DNA of 64,000 nucleotides from Eledone cirrhosa (lineage: Eukaryota). This document shows, piece after piece, positions 41,454-54,534 of the stretch. How positions within the stretch are numbered: the stretch's first letter is position 1; every line of letters starts with the position of its first letter. A program made the position numbers and the translations under genes. The stretch is taken from the NCBI GenBank assembly GCA_964016885.1, contig OZ024743.1:177444001-177508000 (forward strand), read 5' to 3'. The notes beneath the pieces were generated by a model. The model did no database searches. It was not told the DNA's origin and saw nothing but the letters and a program-made list of their open reading frames with translations.

Positions 41454-44400
41454 ATCAAATGATAAAATCTCATACGGGATCGGCCGTCACCCGGGTCAAA
41501 AAGAGCCGCGTCCCTCAGAGAGGAACGAGACTGGGGTCGAAAAATCAGCTAATGGTTCAAACCTTCCCATCACTTCGGGGCTGGAGACCTCCCATAACCG
41601 GAATACTCCTACAGTTGGCCCTCCATGCTCACCACCAAGAAATCCAAATAAAAAGAGGGAAAAATGGTCAGGGGAAGACAATAAAGAAGTCCTTAAGACG
41701 TTCTACACTGCCATGTACTACCCATCAAATATATCGAATACAGAACAGACATATATCAACTGGAAAAAGAAACATCCCGAAAACAGAGGCTATATTGACA
41801 GTAACAAACTAGCCAATATACGAAGAAATATTGTTAACAATAAGTTACTAACTGATATAGAAATTGATCAGATCAAGCTATTAGCACAAAGTCAGCGAAG
41901 GGAAAATGAAACATGTGTCAGTGAAAACGAGGTAAATTGTAACACTTCGAATCCCAGGGTAGGCGAGGAATCACTGACAACAGAACACATTAAAGAAAGG
42001 ATCGAGAAAGTGGAGGGAGTGCATGCTCAAGATGAAACTCAAAATGAAAACAATGAGATCGTAATTGATAGAGAAATGAATGAGAATGAACTTGCCAACT
42101 TGAAGGATGAAATTATGATCGAATAGATGAAAATGAAAGAATTTGACATGGAGGAACGAAACACCCTCCCTAAGATCCAGAACTCCAAACAGAACCCAAA
42201 GATAATACACAAGATTAACATAATTCTCAAAAACATTATCATCACAAACAAACTAAACATTACTGATTTAAATCATCTCTATTATGCATCGGCTAAAGTC
42301 ACCACTCACTTATGTGGAGGGAAAATGAAAAAACAAAGGAATTCCTACAAGAAATCTACTTGGCAAGAGAACATCAATCGCCAAATAAACCTTCTCCGAT
42401 CTGACATAGAAATGTTAACAAACTACAAAGTAGGTGAACATGTTAAACAAACTAAACTTAGAAAATTGAAAAGAAAATAGAGTATAAAATTAACAAGTGA
42501 CATAGACATGCTTATAGAAATAATTAAGCAAAAAGTGTCGGCCAAAGCTGTTCATATAAGGCGCTTTGAAAAACGATCTAGATTCTATAAGGACAATAAT
42601 ATGTTCAAAAACAACCAAAGAAACTTCTACAGAAAAATTGACAAGTCAACAATAACTACTAAATCAATACCACCCAAGGAGGAAGTGCAAGAATTCTGGT
42701 AAAAGATCTGGGCTGAAGAAAAAGTTCATAATATACATGCCCCATGGATAGACAGACAAATGAAAGATACAGCTCACCTTGAGGAACAAATATGGGAAAA
42801 TATAACAGTTGAACAGTTGCGTTTGGCTCTTAGAAAAACCAGCAAATGTAAATCCCCAGGAAAAGACAAAATAACAAATTTCTGGATAAATGCCTTCACA
42901 GAGTCTCATGAGCTGTTAGCCCAACTTTACTATGAAATAGTTAAGGAGCCAGAAAAGATAGCATCATGGCTAGTTAACGGCATTACATTCCTGCTTCCGA
43001 AGAATGATGAGACAAACAATCCCAAAAATTACAGACCGATACCTTTCTTGACCACAATGTATAACATTTTAACATCAGTCCTAACTGAAGGACGACCCCT
43101 CTAGTCTTTGTTGACACTCGTCCTAAAAGTGGTAACACGAAATGATTACCCCTTGGCGGTTAAGGATAAAACGCGAGTTTAGACTAGATAAATGCGCCAA
43201 AGCAACGTTCACCAGAGGAAAGCTGCTGAAAAGTTCAGACATTAATCTTGATCGGAGGAATGTAATAAGAGAACTTGATCAAGAGGAAACTTGCAAATAT
43301 CTAGGTGTTTGTGAAGGAGACGGAATCAAGCACTCGACAATGAGGGAAAGGATAAGGAAGGAATGTTACCGCAGAGTAAGGGCAATCTTAAGAACGGAAT
43401 TGAATGCAAGGAATAGGATCGATGCCATAAACACGCTTGCCATACCAGTAGTAACCTACAGTTAAAATGTCATCAACTGGTCAAGAACAGAGATCCGTAG
43501 GCTCGATACAAAAATTTGAAAATTCTTAACCATGCACAGAATGCATCACCCTAAGGCAGATACAGATAGAATATATCTCCCTAGGAAAGAAGGAGGACGT
43601 GGGTTAATCCAGTTAGATATTGCGTTGAAAACCGCAACAATTGGATTATCTACATATCTAGGGAATCATATGATTGGGTGATCAAACTCGTTTTGAAACA
43701 CGAGAGCATCAAAAGATCATACTCCATTACAAAAGATGCACAAAGATACAGTAATGGACTACAAATTTCAGAAGTCCCATTTATTGCTGAAATGGAAAAC
43801 ACAGAAAAAGCAAAGCAGGTAAAAGTAACTGCAAAGAAAGAACTGCTACATAAACTGGCTAAGAAATGGCAAGAAAAGCCTCTGTATGGAAAATACCCAG
43901 AAAGAGCTAACAATCCTGATTTTGACAAAACTTTAACCCATCAGTGGTTGGCATCCTCTGGACTGAAATCGGAGACTGAAGGACTGATTATATCAGCACA
44001 AGATCAGTGTCTGCCAACAAAAAATTACCAAGCCAACATAATAAAAAAATGGATGCAACCCATTATGCCATGTATGTAAAAAACAACCAGAGACCATTGA
44101 TCATATAATTTCAATGTGCAGTCCTATAGCTCCAACCGAATACCTAAACAGGCATGACAGATCTGCACAATACATACATTGGATAATGTGTAAGCATTTT
44201 GACCTGCCCCATCAAAAGAATTGGTGGGAGCATCAACCACCTCCCATACTTGAAAAAGATCACATCTCAATCTTGTGGAACTTTAGCATCCAAACAGACC
44301 GAAAAATAGATGCAAATAGACCTGATATAATACTGAAGGACTTTAAAAAGAGGATATGCCTGCTAATTGATATGTCTGTCTCCAATAGACAAGAATGTAT

Positions 44401-44773
44401 CTATAAAAACATTTGAAAAATTGAGTAAGTATAAGGACCTGGTGATAGAAATTGGAAAAATGTGGAAATTGAGAACTAAAACAATACCAGTGGTTGTAGG
44501 CGCTCTAGGAATGATACCTAAGGTGTCTAATGATTACTTATCGCAAATCCTAGGAAACCCGCATATAGGAGAAATACAAAAGATAGTACTAATGGGAACT
44601 GCCCATATACTAAGGAAGATTCTGTCAATATAAGTACATCACAAGTCTAAACACCTAAATATGCATGTGTGTGTATGTATGTTCTTTCTTGAACATGGCG
44701 GACCTTGTTGTCTCTTGAGGTCACTGGTTGTGACTTGGTGATAACTCGTATGAACATAAGGCAAGATAAATGC
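41454..44773 (+). mobile_element. R4/Dong-clade RT-RLE retrotransposon copy 1, decayed, RT core deleted
   Basis: Motifs KREKWSGEDN, KSPGKDKI, NYRPI, YLPRKEGGRGL, WLASSGLKSETEGLIISAQDQ, CX2C...HIISMC, RHD, RPDI...LLID...KLSKYKDL (restriction-like endonuclease). The element ends in (AAT)n. Confidence 0.9.
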
Positions 44774-44789
44774 AAATAATAATAATAAT

Positions 44790-47700
44790 TGTTTCTACTT
44801 TTGGCACAAGGGCTGACATCAAGAAAAACATTACAGACGGCACAGGACGGTACAGGACGGTACGATGTGGGTTTTGTGCGTGTAAATATTTTTATTATTT
44901 ATATAAGAAAAGAAAAAAAGGACATAGAAACATATATATATATAAACAATACAAATGAAAATTGAAACAATGAAAAATACACAAATAGGGGGGAAACCTC
45001 CGACGGGTACTGGTGGCGAAAACCACACAAAAGACCACAGCCACCCTGACCACCAGGACAAGCGCCCTCTCTCAATTTTTTCCATTTCTCAAACTACAGA
45101 CGTATATTCAGAGCGGTCCCGTTTACTCGGACCATTCTCGCTACATTCACCCACCTTTCAACAAACTTGCTAGAAAGCAGTACTTGCCTCTCCACCCTGA
45201 TTTTCCTCTGCAAGTTAAACTTGAAAAAGTTAATTAGGGATTCGCCGAAGAGGAAAGTGTCTGTCTTTAAACCTTTGAACCTTGTCCACTACACAATCTC
45301 TTTCGCCATGGCTACCAGGCAGATGAAAACCGCCTGCCCTTCCTCCTCGAAGGAAGACGGCGAGACCATCTGCACAATGGACTCAGTCGATAACCGGATC
45401 AGTCCTACAGGCGACAGCAACTGTTCGACATACCTCCACAAGGCAGCAATGCTCGGGCACTGAACGAGTGCGTGCACGACGGATTCGTCGCTCTGCGCGC
45501 ATCTCGGACAGGTTCGGCTGACGGCACTTCCTTGCTTGTAGAGCTTATCTCGAACCGGTAGCACTGCCAGGCCAGGGATTTTTGGAAGTTATCCATAGAC
45601 CCTGGGCTGAAAGTTCTCCGTAAGAGAGCAAACAGCTGATCTTCTTCGACGCTCAAGATCTCTCCAAGAACGTTGTCGCTCTTCCCCTCCACTAGTCTTC
45701 CATAGAACGCCGAGGTGGATGTTCCACCGATACTGGTGCCCAGCTGGCAGAGGGCAGTGAGCGCCTGGAGACATTCCAGTTTCCAAGCGCTATCCCTCGG
45801 TCTTTTTCTGACCCAGGACTGCAGCTCCATCAAGGAGACGAGCTGTGGGAAAACGTGCCTGGCGAACGGCGACCACACCTGTTCACCGTCAAGGAAGCAC
45901 CAGAGATGTCGCAGCCTCAGCGCATGTTTGCGCATCATCAGCCATGGCATGCCCAGTCCTCCACGCAACGGGAGTTGACAGCAGATGGAACGTCTGACCA
46001 TGGGAGCACGTCCCTTCCACAAAAAGCGGAAGAGGAGGCGCTCCATTTTGGTGAGAGTTGGGCCGGAGCAAGGGACAACGGTGAGGCGGTAGCAGATGAC
46101 GGATGCGATGTACGCATTCGCCACCTCCGCTCGGCCTTTCAGGGACAGCTTCCTCTCAGCCCATTTCTGGGTGAGGGAGACCACCTTGCTCGTCTCCTCG
46201 TTCCAGTGTTTCTCCATCTGGAGGCCCGGTCCGAACCAGGCCCCGAGCAATTTAACCGGTCCGTCCGTCCAACGCCCCACGACGCTGTCGGACGGCATGG
46301 ACTTTCCTCTCCAGGTGCCGAGTTGCAAGCCCACCGACTTTTCCTGGTTTATCTTTGCTCCTGTCACCGCTTCGTATTCCTTGAGAGCGGTGCCGAGCAT
46401 CTGGACGTGTCTGTTGCTCGACACCACCACGGTGACGTCGTCGGCGTAAGCCGACTCGGATTTCCCTCATCCTAATTCGCGTGGGACGCCTCTCATCGCC
46501 GCCAGTTTGTGCAGTAACGGCTCGAGAGCCAATACGTACAAGAGGGACGAGAGGGGACAACCCTGGCGGACTGAGCGCATGATGCTTAACGGCTGCGACA
46601 GGTGACCGTTCACTCTCACAACTGAGCAGATGTCGCTGTACATCGCTGCGATCCAACCCCTGTAAACGGGCCCGAAACCGGATACCTCGAAAACCGCCGC
46701 CAGGTACCGATGGTCGACCCAATCGAATGCTTTGGATTGATCCAAGTTGATCAGGGCCCCACCCGTGCCAGGTTCCTTAACCACCCTCTCTATGATGTAT
46801 CACATGAGGTGGAGGTTGTCGTGTATGGATCTGTCCGGAATGGCACATGTCTGCGCCTCTCCCACCAGACCCTTGACGACAAGCGCCAACCTCGTTGCTA
46901 ACACCTTGGCCAAAATCTTGAACTCTGCGTTTAGCAGGGTTATGGGCCTGAAATTATCGATTATCCCCTTGTTCGGGTCTTTTCTCAGCAGCAGCACCGC
47001 TTCCCGGCTCACAAAACTGGGAATGCTCCCGTTCTGCTGCCAGTTGCAGTGGACGTCTGCCAAGAGGTCTGGCATAAATGCATAAAGCTCGTAGCGCAGA
47101 CCACCCAAACCTGGCGCTTTACCCCTCGTGCAGTTAGCCATCGCTTCCCGTATTCCACCGGCTATTATTGGCTTTTCGCAACACTGTGCTGCGGTCGTCG
47201 AGAGCCGAGGCAGTCCGTCGAGGTATGCACTGAAGTCCATACCCTGGATCCGGGCCGCCGCTGCTCCCGAACAGTTCAGCAAAGTGCTGCTGAAAAGCTT
47301 CACACATCCGCTCGGGTTCGAGGATCACGCACCCGCTTTGGTCAGACAAAGACTGAATTGTGGCTTTGTTGCCATGTCGCGCCTCTGCCACCCGGGCCCA
47401 TTGGACGGCTTTTGTCCCCACATGTTTCACGGCATGCGCTCTAGCTCTGACAACGCAGCCTTCGTGTTTTGCGTTGAAGAATTGGTCGAGTGCCAATCTC
47501 GCCGCAAGCACGTCGGTTGCGATGCTTGTCCTAAACGCCACTTCTAGCTTTGTGACTAGCTCTCCCTCTACTCTATTTTCCTCTATCACTACTCCTTTGC
47601 TAAACCTAATTGACTCTACTTTAATTGCCCTTTTCAGGGCGAACCACAACCTATTGTTGACGACCGGTCCCGTCAACGCCCGCTTAACTAATACGCTAAT

Positions 47701-50140
47701 CCGGTCTCTGTAGGCTTTGCGCGCCGGGAAAGACGCGTTCAACTTCCAGTAACCGGGCCCTTTGTTTATGAAGTCTGTCTATGTCGATCTCACAGATCAC
47801 AAATTTGTGGTCTGTGTAGTCGACTATTTTAAATTGTGGACAACTTATACTAGCCTTATCTAGTTCTCTGCAGAATACCTTATAGAGATACGATCTGGAT
47901 GACCCGATGCGGTTTGTCCATGTCCACATTGGCACATTCGGGTGATCCAGTCGATACCTGTCAGACAGTTCAAAACGTCTGAGCAGGTTGGTGAGGCTCT
48001 TGCACCCTCCTCCCCTATCCACTAGCCTCACACAATCCCAGCGTGCATCCAAGATACCGTTCCAGTCGCCCACTAACACTAAAGAGCGGGACGTTCCGAG
48101 AAAGGTCTCTAGACGTCTGAAGAAATCTGGCCGTCCTGCCCCTGTTGGGGCGTAGACAGCTACTAGCCTGAAAGCATTGCCTTCGCTGCCGGTCACGTCC
48201 AACCACACCGACTTCCCTTCTGGGTCTAGGAAGATGGCCCGTATGGCGAGATCCAAGCCTCTCCGAAAAAGGACGGCAACCCCTGCCCCCGATCCTGGAC
48301 GGCTGGGAGATGCGTATACATCGTAGCCGCCGAAGATCAGTGCGAAGGCTTGTGCTTCGGAGATTCTGGTCTCACTGATGGCCACCACATCTATGTTTAG
48401 TGACCTGAGGTCGTTGAGCAGGTGACCCTGCTTCCAAGATGACCCCAGGCCACGTGCATTTATACTGCCTATTCTGAGTACGGCCATGTTGGATGAGAAA
48501 CGAGGCAAGTGAGAAAGGGTCACTTACCTTGATCGTGTGGTGAAGGGACAGTAGAACCGTTCCTTTCGCTGGTCATGGGTGTTTCCAAGAGGATGTCGGT
48601 GTATATCCTCTTGGTAACTAACCCTCAGAAATCTCCAACTGCGTTGGGGAATTTTGGTTTTAAAGGTTTGTACTGTTCTATTGAGATTTCAATGATGCTT
48701 ATGTTTGTCGGGAGAGCTCTTGGTGTTGGTGGGTTGTAGTAGTTTTTTTTCTGTGATGTCTGTGTGCTGCTTTATATATTGTATGAGTTCTTTTTTTGCC
48801 ATGTTTATGGCTGTGTACTTTTTGGTGAGAGGGTGATTTTGTTGCTGTTTTCTTCTTGTTGCTGTTTGGTGTGTGTGTTTTGTTTTGTTTTGTTTGCCTT
48901 GTTGGTGTTTTTGGTGATGCTGGTGGTGGTGTGCTTGCTGTTGTCAGTGGTGCTTGTGGTTTTGATGGTGATGGTGGTGGTGTTGCTGCAAGTTTCCTTG
49001 CTGCCTTTACCCCTCTTTGTATGCCTTCGCTTTTGGAGGGTGAATCTAAGGGTATTTTTCTTTTTTGTCTTTTGTGGCAGACCGTTTGCCACTTCACTTC
49101 CGCCTCACTCTCCATGTCGGATTCCGTGGCGTCTGGGAGAGGTATGTGCTCCAGGGCTGTTGGTGGTGGTAGTGGAGCCCTCTTCGGCAATTTTGTTGCT
49201 GGTGTAGCTACTTCAAATGTAGCTATTGGTGTTGCCGCCACTGATGCTGCTGTTTAGTTGTCCGTGGCCTTGGTACGGGTGCCACGGACGTTGCCCCGCT
49301 ACTCACCGTGGAAGGGGCTTCTGCGTTTGTTGCCTGCCCTGCTCTTGGTTGCAGCGGACCAGGTATTGGCAGGAGAGGGGCCTTCTTCTTCGCTGTCTTC
49401 TGCGGACAAAAGGCCCTGAGGTGACCCTTCGACCCACAGAGATAACATTTTGGCCGTCTTCCTTCTACGCTTATAGGGAGTTGGAGTCCTTCCTCGATGT
49501 CTATGATATCGGCGATAGCGTCGATACATTCCTGGTCAGTTTGTATAAGCATTTGCATGCCTATACCTGAGCAGTTCTCTCTCCCTATTTTCTCTACTTG
49601 CAGCATGGTCGTCCTGTTCTCGATTCCAGCGAGGACAGACACGGCCAGCCAAGGTATGGGCACGTCGGGTAGGACCTGGGGCACTTTGAACCTCACAATT
49701 TTCTGCCCGCAGTAGGAGGGTACCAAGACTATTTCTTCACACTTTAGAGTTTCCAAAGAGTGAGACTTTGCTTCCTGGGGGCTGGCTAAAAGTACGTCTA
49801 CTGTGGCGTATTTTCTGCCTCGGGTGAGGTGGGTTTTGCGTGCCCAGACGCACCCCAAGGCCTTTTGGATTTGAGCCTCTGTGGCTCTCCACCCGATGTT
49901 AGATTTTGCTTACGGTGCGGTAAGTCACCGTCCGTAGCTGCTGGTCCTTGAAAAAATCGGGTGGCGGTTTCAGGGAGATTCTATTGGCGCTTCTTGTCAC
50001 CACGGCCCTTGCGACTGCCATCTCCTCCTCTGTGACTAACACGGTCTCGATATTTTGGGCGACACCTGCAAAAGCAGTGGTCCCTTTTTCAGCAGCACCA
50101 CTATTGCTGCCGCTACTGGTGTTACTGGTGGTGAATAAAA
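44790..50140 (-). mobile_element. Tx1/L1-clade LINE copy D, near full length, decayed; 5' end uncertain
   Basis: ORF2 runs from about 48487 (MAVLRIGSINARGL) to about 45094 with APE, RT and CCHC motifs across frameshifts. ORF1 carries KCYLCGSKGHLRAFC. The 3' end reads CCCTTGTGCCAAAAGTAGAAACA(ATT)n and is tail-to-tail with Dong copy 1. Confidence 0.9.
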
Positions 50141-50141
50141 C

Positions 50142-50525
50142 CTCCTCTGTCTACACTATATAGAACAGCCAAATAACAGCAATTTCACCACCACAACAAT
50201 CTAGATACACCACTTATCCCATCACTCCTCTGTGTACAATAAGTACAACAGCCAGACAACGGCAATTTCATGATTACTATTATTGTATCTCAAGTTTCCT
50301 CAAAATGTTTAATTCAAATATTAAGTAAATATGTCAACACATATATTAAACATACGCGAGAAACCGCATAGATATACAGATCAAACAAACGCACCCTACT
50401 ACAGTCTATTCAACAGAACTCAGTAACGACACGCCATCACTACTGTCACCGCCGCCACCACTCCATCATTGCTACCACTATCCTATCACCGCCCCTACCA
50501 CTCCTTCATTGCTACCACCACTATT
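50142..50525. repeat. Unassigned spacer containing two imperfect short tandem duplications (about 83-bp and about 39-bp period)
   Basis: ctcctctgt..acagcca..acagcaatttca recurs at about 50143 and 50225; tcaccgcc..ccactcc.tcattgctaccac recurs at about 50446 and 50486. Confidence 0.6.
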
Positions 50526-50757
50526 CCCCCACTACCTTCTGTTAACTTAAGAAAGGGGAAGGTGGCGGTATCACTAGAAAAGGGAGAGGCTAGCAAAAGA
50601 TATAAATAGACTGACTTAGTGACCCGGTCAAACGTCAACGACTATGGCACTGCTGGCTCCCCCCTTCCCCACCAACAATAGCAAACACCCAAGCACCACC
50701 ACCGACATAGCCAACAACAACAACAGGCAACTTCAACAAAAAGTATATTATATTATT

Positions 50758-50993
50758 AATAATAATTTCATTCTTAAGCCACGCAATGCTCACATTAAGG
50801 AACCACTCATGATAATAACAATTTAAAAAACAACAAAATAGAAAACCCATGACCAAGAAATACCGGGATGGCGGCCGGCGGGGAATAGCCGTGTCTCTAG
50901 GGGAGGACCCCCGCCCTCTAGTTTTGGTTGACACTCGTCCTAGAAGTGGTAACACGAAATGATTACCCCTTGGCGGTTAAGGATAAAACGCGA
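50758..50993 (-). mobile_element. Possible short 3' fragment of a further Tx1-related element
   Basis: Plus-strand aataatttcattcttaagccac...acattaagga resembles the copy B terminus aataatttcatttattagccac...acatgtaaggga and starts at an AAT tract. No clear protein motif is present. Confidence 0.4.
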
Positions 50994-51006
50994 CAAAATA
51001 TAGTAA

Positions 51007-54000
51007 ATATCAAATGATAAAATCTCATACCGGATCGGCCGTCACCCGGGTCAAAAAGGGCCACGTCCCTCAGAGAGGAACCAGACTGGGGTCGAAAAAT
51101 CAGCTAATGGTTCAAACCTTCCCATCACTTCGGGGCTGGAGGTCTCCCATAACCGGAATACTCTTACTGTGGCCCTCCATGCTCACCACCAAGAAATCCA
51201 AAGAAAAAGATAGAAAAATGGTCAAGGGAAGACAATAAAGAAGTCCTTGAGACTTTCTACACTGCCATGTACTACCCATCAAATAGATCGAATACAGAAC
51301 AGACATATATCAACTGGAAAAAGAAACATCCCGAAAACAGAGGCTATATTGAATGAATGAGAATGAACTTGCCAACTTGAAGGATGAAATTATGATCGAA
51401 TGGATGAAAATGAAAGAATCTGACATGGAGGAACGAGACACCCTCCCTAAGATCCAGAATTCCAAACAGAACCCAAAGATGATACACAAGACTAACATAA
51501 TTCTCAAAAACATTATCATCACAAACAAACTAAACATTACTGATTTAAATCATCTCTATTATGCATCGGCTAAAGTCACCACTCACTTATGTGGAGTGGA
51601 AATGAAAAAACAAAGGACTCCCACGAGAAATCTATTTGGCAAGAGAACATCAATCGCCAAATAATCCTTCTCCGATCTGACATAGAAATTTTAACAAACT
51701 ATAAAGTAGGTGAACATGTTAAACAAACTAAACTTAGAAAATTGAAAAGAAAATAGAGTATAAAATTAACAAGTGACATAGACATGCTGATAGAAATCAT
51801 CAAGCAAAAAGTGTCGGCCAAAGCTGCTCGTATAAGGCACTTTGAAAAACGATCTAGATTCTATAAGGACAATAATATGTTCAAAAACAACCAAAGAAAC
51901 TTCTACAGAAAAATTGGCAAGTCAACAATAACTGCTAAATCAATACCACCCAAGGAGGAAGTGCAAGAATTCTGGGAAAAGATCTGGGCCGAAGAAAAAG
52001 TTCATAATATACATGCCCCATCGATAGACAGACAAATGAAAGATACATTCACCTTGAGGAACAAATATGGGAAAATATAACAGTTGAACAGTTGCGTTTT
52101 GACTCTTAGAAAAACCAGCAAATGTAAATCCCCAGGAAAAGACAAAATACCAAATTTTTGGATAAAAGCCTTCACATAGTCTAATGAGCCCAACTTTACA
52201 ATGAAATAGTTAAGGAGCCAGAAAAGGTACCATCATGGCTAGTTAATGGCATTACAATCCTACTTCCGAAGAATGATGAGACAAACAAACCCCAAAATTA
52301 CAGACCGATAACTTGCTTGACCACAATGTATAACATTTTAACATCAGTCCTAACTGAATATACATATGAAAGATTGTTCTACATATGACCACCTGCTAAC
52401 AAATGATCTATTTCCCAATGAGCAGAAAGCGTGTCAACGAGGCTCATATGGCTGTAAGGATCAGCTTTTGGTTAACAAAATGATACTGGAAGATTGTCAT
52501 AATAGACACAAAAATCTATCAATTGCTTGGATAGATTATAAAAAAGCATTCGATAGTTTGCCATACAGTTGGATTGAAAAATGTTTAGAGATTTTCAAAA
52601 TATCTCCCGTTGTCAGGAGGTTCCTGTCATTCAGTATGAAGACATGGAAAACGACACTCCTTTTGAATAGTGAAAAAAAATGACTGGAAGCTGGAGAAGT
52701 TTATATTAATTGTGGAATTTTTCAGGGTGACTCTTTATCACCGCTTTTATTCTGCATCGCACTTATGCCATTAAGTAAAATGCTCAATGAAACAAAACAT
52801 GGATATAAAGTCTATGACAAAACCATTAATCACTTGTTCTACATGGATGACCTGAAACTATTCGCAAAAAATGATGAACAATTGCAAGGGCTATTATCCA
52901 CTGTGAAGCAGTTCAGTGATGACATTAAAATGGAGTTTGGACTAGATAAATGCGCCAAAGCAACGTTCACCAGAGGAAAGCTGCTGAAAAGTTCAAACAT
53001 TAATCTTGATCGGGGGAATGTGATAAGAGAACTTGATCAAGAGGAAACTTACAAATATCTAGGTGTTTGTGAAGGAGACGGAATCAAGCACTCGACAATG
53101 AGGGAAAGGATAAGGAAGGAATGTTACCGCAGAGTAAGAGCAATCTTAAGAACGGAATTGAATGCAAGGAATAGGATCGATGCCATAAACACGCTTGCCA
53201 TACCAGTAGTAACCTACAGTTACAATGTCATCAACTGGTCAAGCACAGAGATCCGTAGGCTCGATACAAAAACTTGAAAATTCTTAACCATGCACAGAAT
53301 GCATCACCCTAAAGCAGATACAGATAGAATATATCTTCCTAGGAAAGAAGGAGGACGTGGGTTAATCCAGTTAGACATTGCGTTGAAAACTGCAACAATT
53401 GGATTATCTACATAACTAAGGGAACCACATGATTGGATGATCAAACTCGTTTTGAAATACGAAAGGATCAAAAGATCATACTCCATTACAAAAGATGCAC
53501 AAAGATACAGTAATGGACTACAAATTTCAGAAGTCCCATTTACTGCTGAAATGGAAAACACAGAAAAAGCAAAGCAGGTAAAAGTAACTGCAAAGAAAGA
53601 ACTGCTACATAAACTGGCTAAGAAATGGCAAGAAAAGCCTCTGTATGGAAAATACCCAGAACGAGCTAACACTCCTGATGTTGACAAAGCTTTAACCCAC
53701 CAGTGGTTGGCATCCTCTGGACTGAAATCGGAGACTGAAGGACTGATTATATTAGCACAAGATCAGTGTCTGCCAACAAAAAATTACCAAGCCAACATAA
53801 TAAAAAATGGATGCAACCCATTATGCCGTGTATGTAAAAAACAACCAGAGACCATTGACCCCTAATTCCAATGTGCAGTCCTATAGCTCCAACCGAATAC
53901 CTAAACAGGCATGACAGAGCTGCACAATACATACATTGGATAATGTGTAAGCATTTTGACCTGCCCCATCAAAAGAATTGGTGGGAGCATCAACCACCTC

Positions 54001-54534
54001 CCATACTTGAAAAATATCACATCTTAATCTTGTGGAACTTTAGCATCCAAACAGACCGAAAAATAGATGCAAATAGACCTGATATAATACTGAAGGACTT
54101 TAAAAAGAGGGTATGCCTGCTAATTGATATGTCCGCCTCCAATAGACAAGAATGTATCTATAAAAACATTTGAAAAATTGAGCAAGTATAAGGACCTGGT
54201 GATAGAAATTTGAAAAATGTGGAAATTGAGAACTAAAACAATACCAGTGGTTGTAGGCGCTCTAGGAATGATACCTAAGGGGTCTAATGATTACTTATCG
54301 CAAATCCCAGGAAACCCGCGTATAGGAGAAATACTAAAGATAGTACTAATGGGAACTGCCCATATACTAAGGAAGATTCTGTCAATATAAGTACATCACA
54401 AGTCAAAACACCTAAAGATGCATGTGTGAGTATGTATGTTCTTTCTTGAACATGGCGGACCTTGTTGTCACTTGAGGTCACTGGTTGTGACTTGGTGATA
54501 ACTCGTATGAACATAAAACAAGATAAATGCAGCT

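Noticed and set aside
29411-50163. Plus-strand Leu/Val/Cys-rich ORFs opposite the Tx1 elements (e.g. 29869-30312, 39150-40046, 40496-40939, 48764-49207)
   Set aside because: They are antisense shadows of low-complexity AAC/AGC/ACC-rich ORF1 sequence.
50606-50645. Hammerhead-like arrangement CTGACTTAG-stem-AAAC-stem
   Set aside because: The core does not match CTGANGA and GAAA.
31028-54390. Any currently active autonomous retrotransposon
   Set aside because: Every ORF2 or RT-RLE frame has stops, frameshifts or large deletions, although some indels could be sequencing errors.
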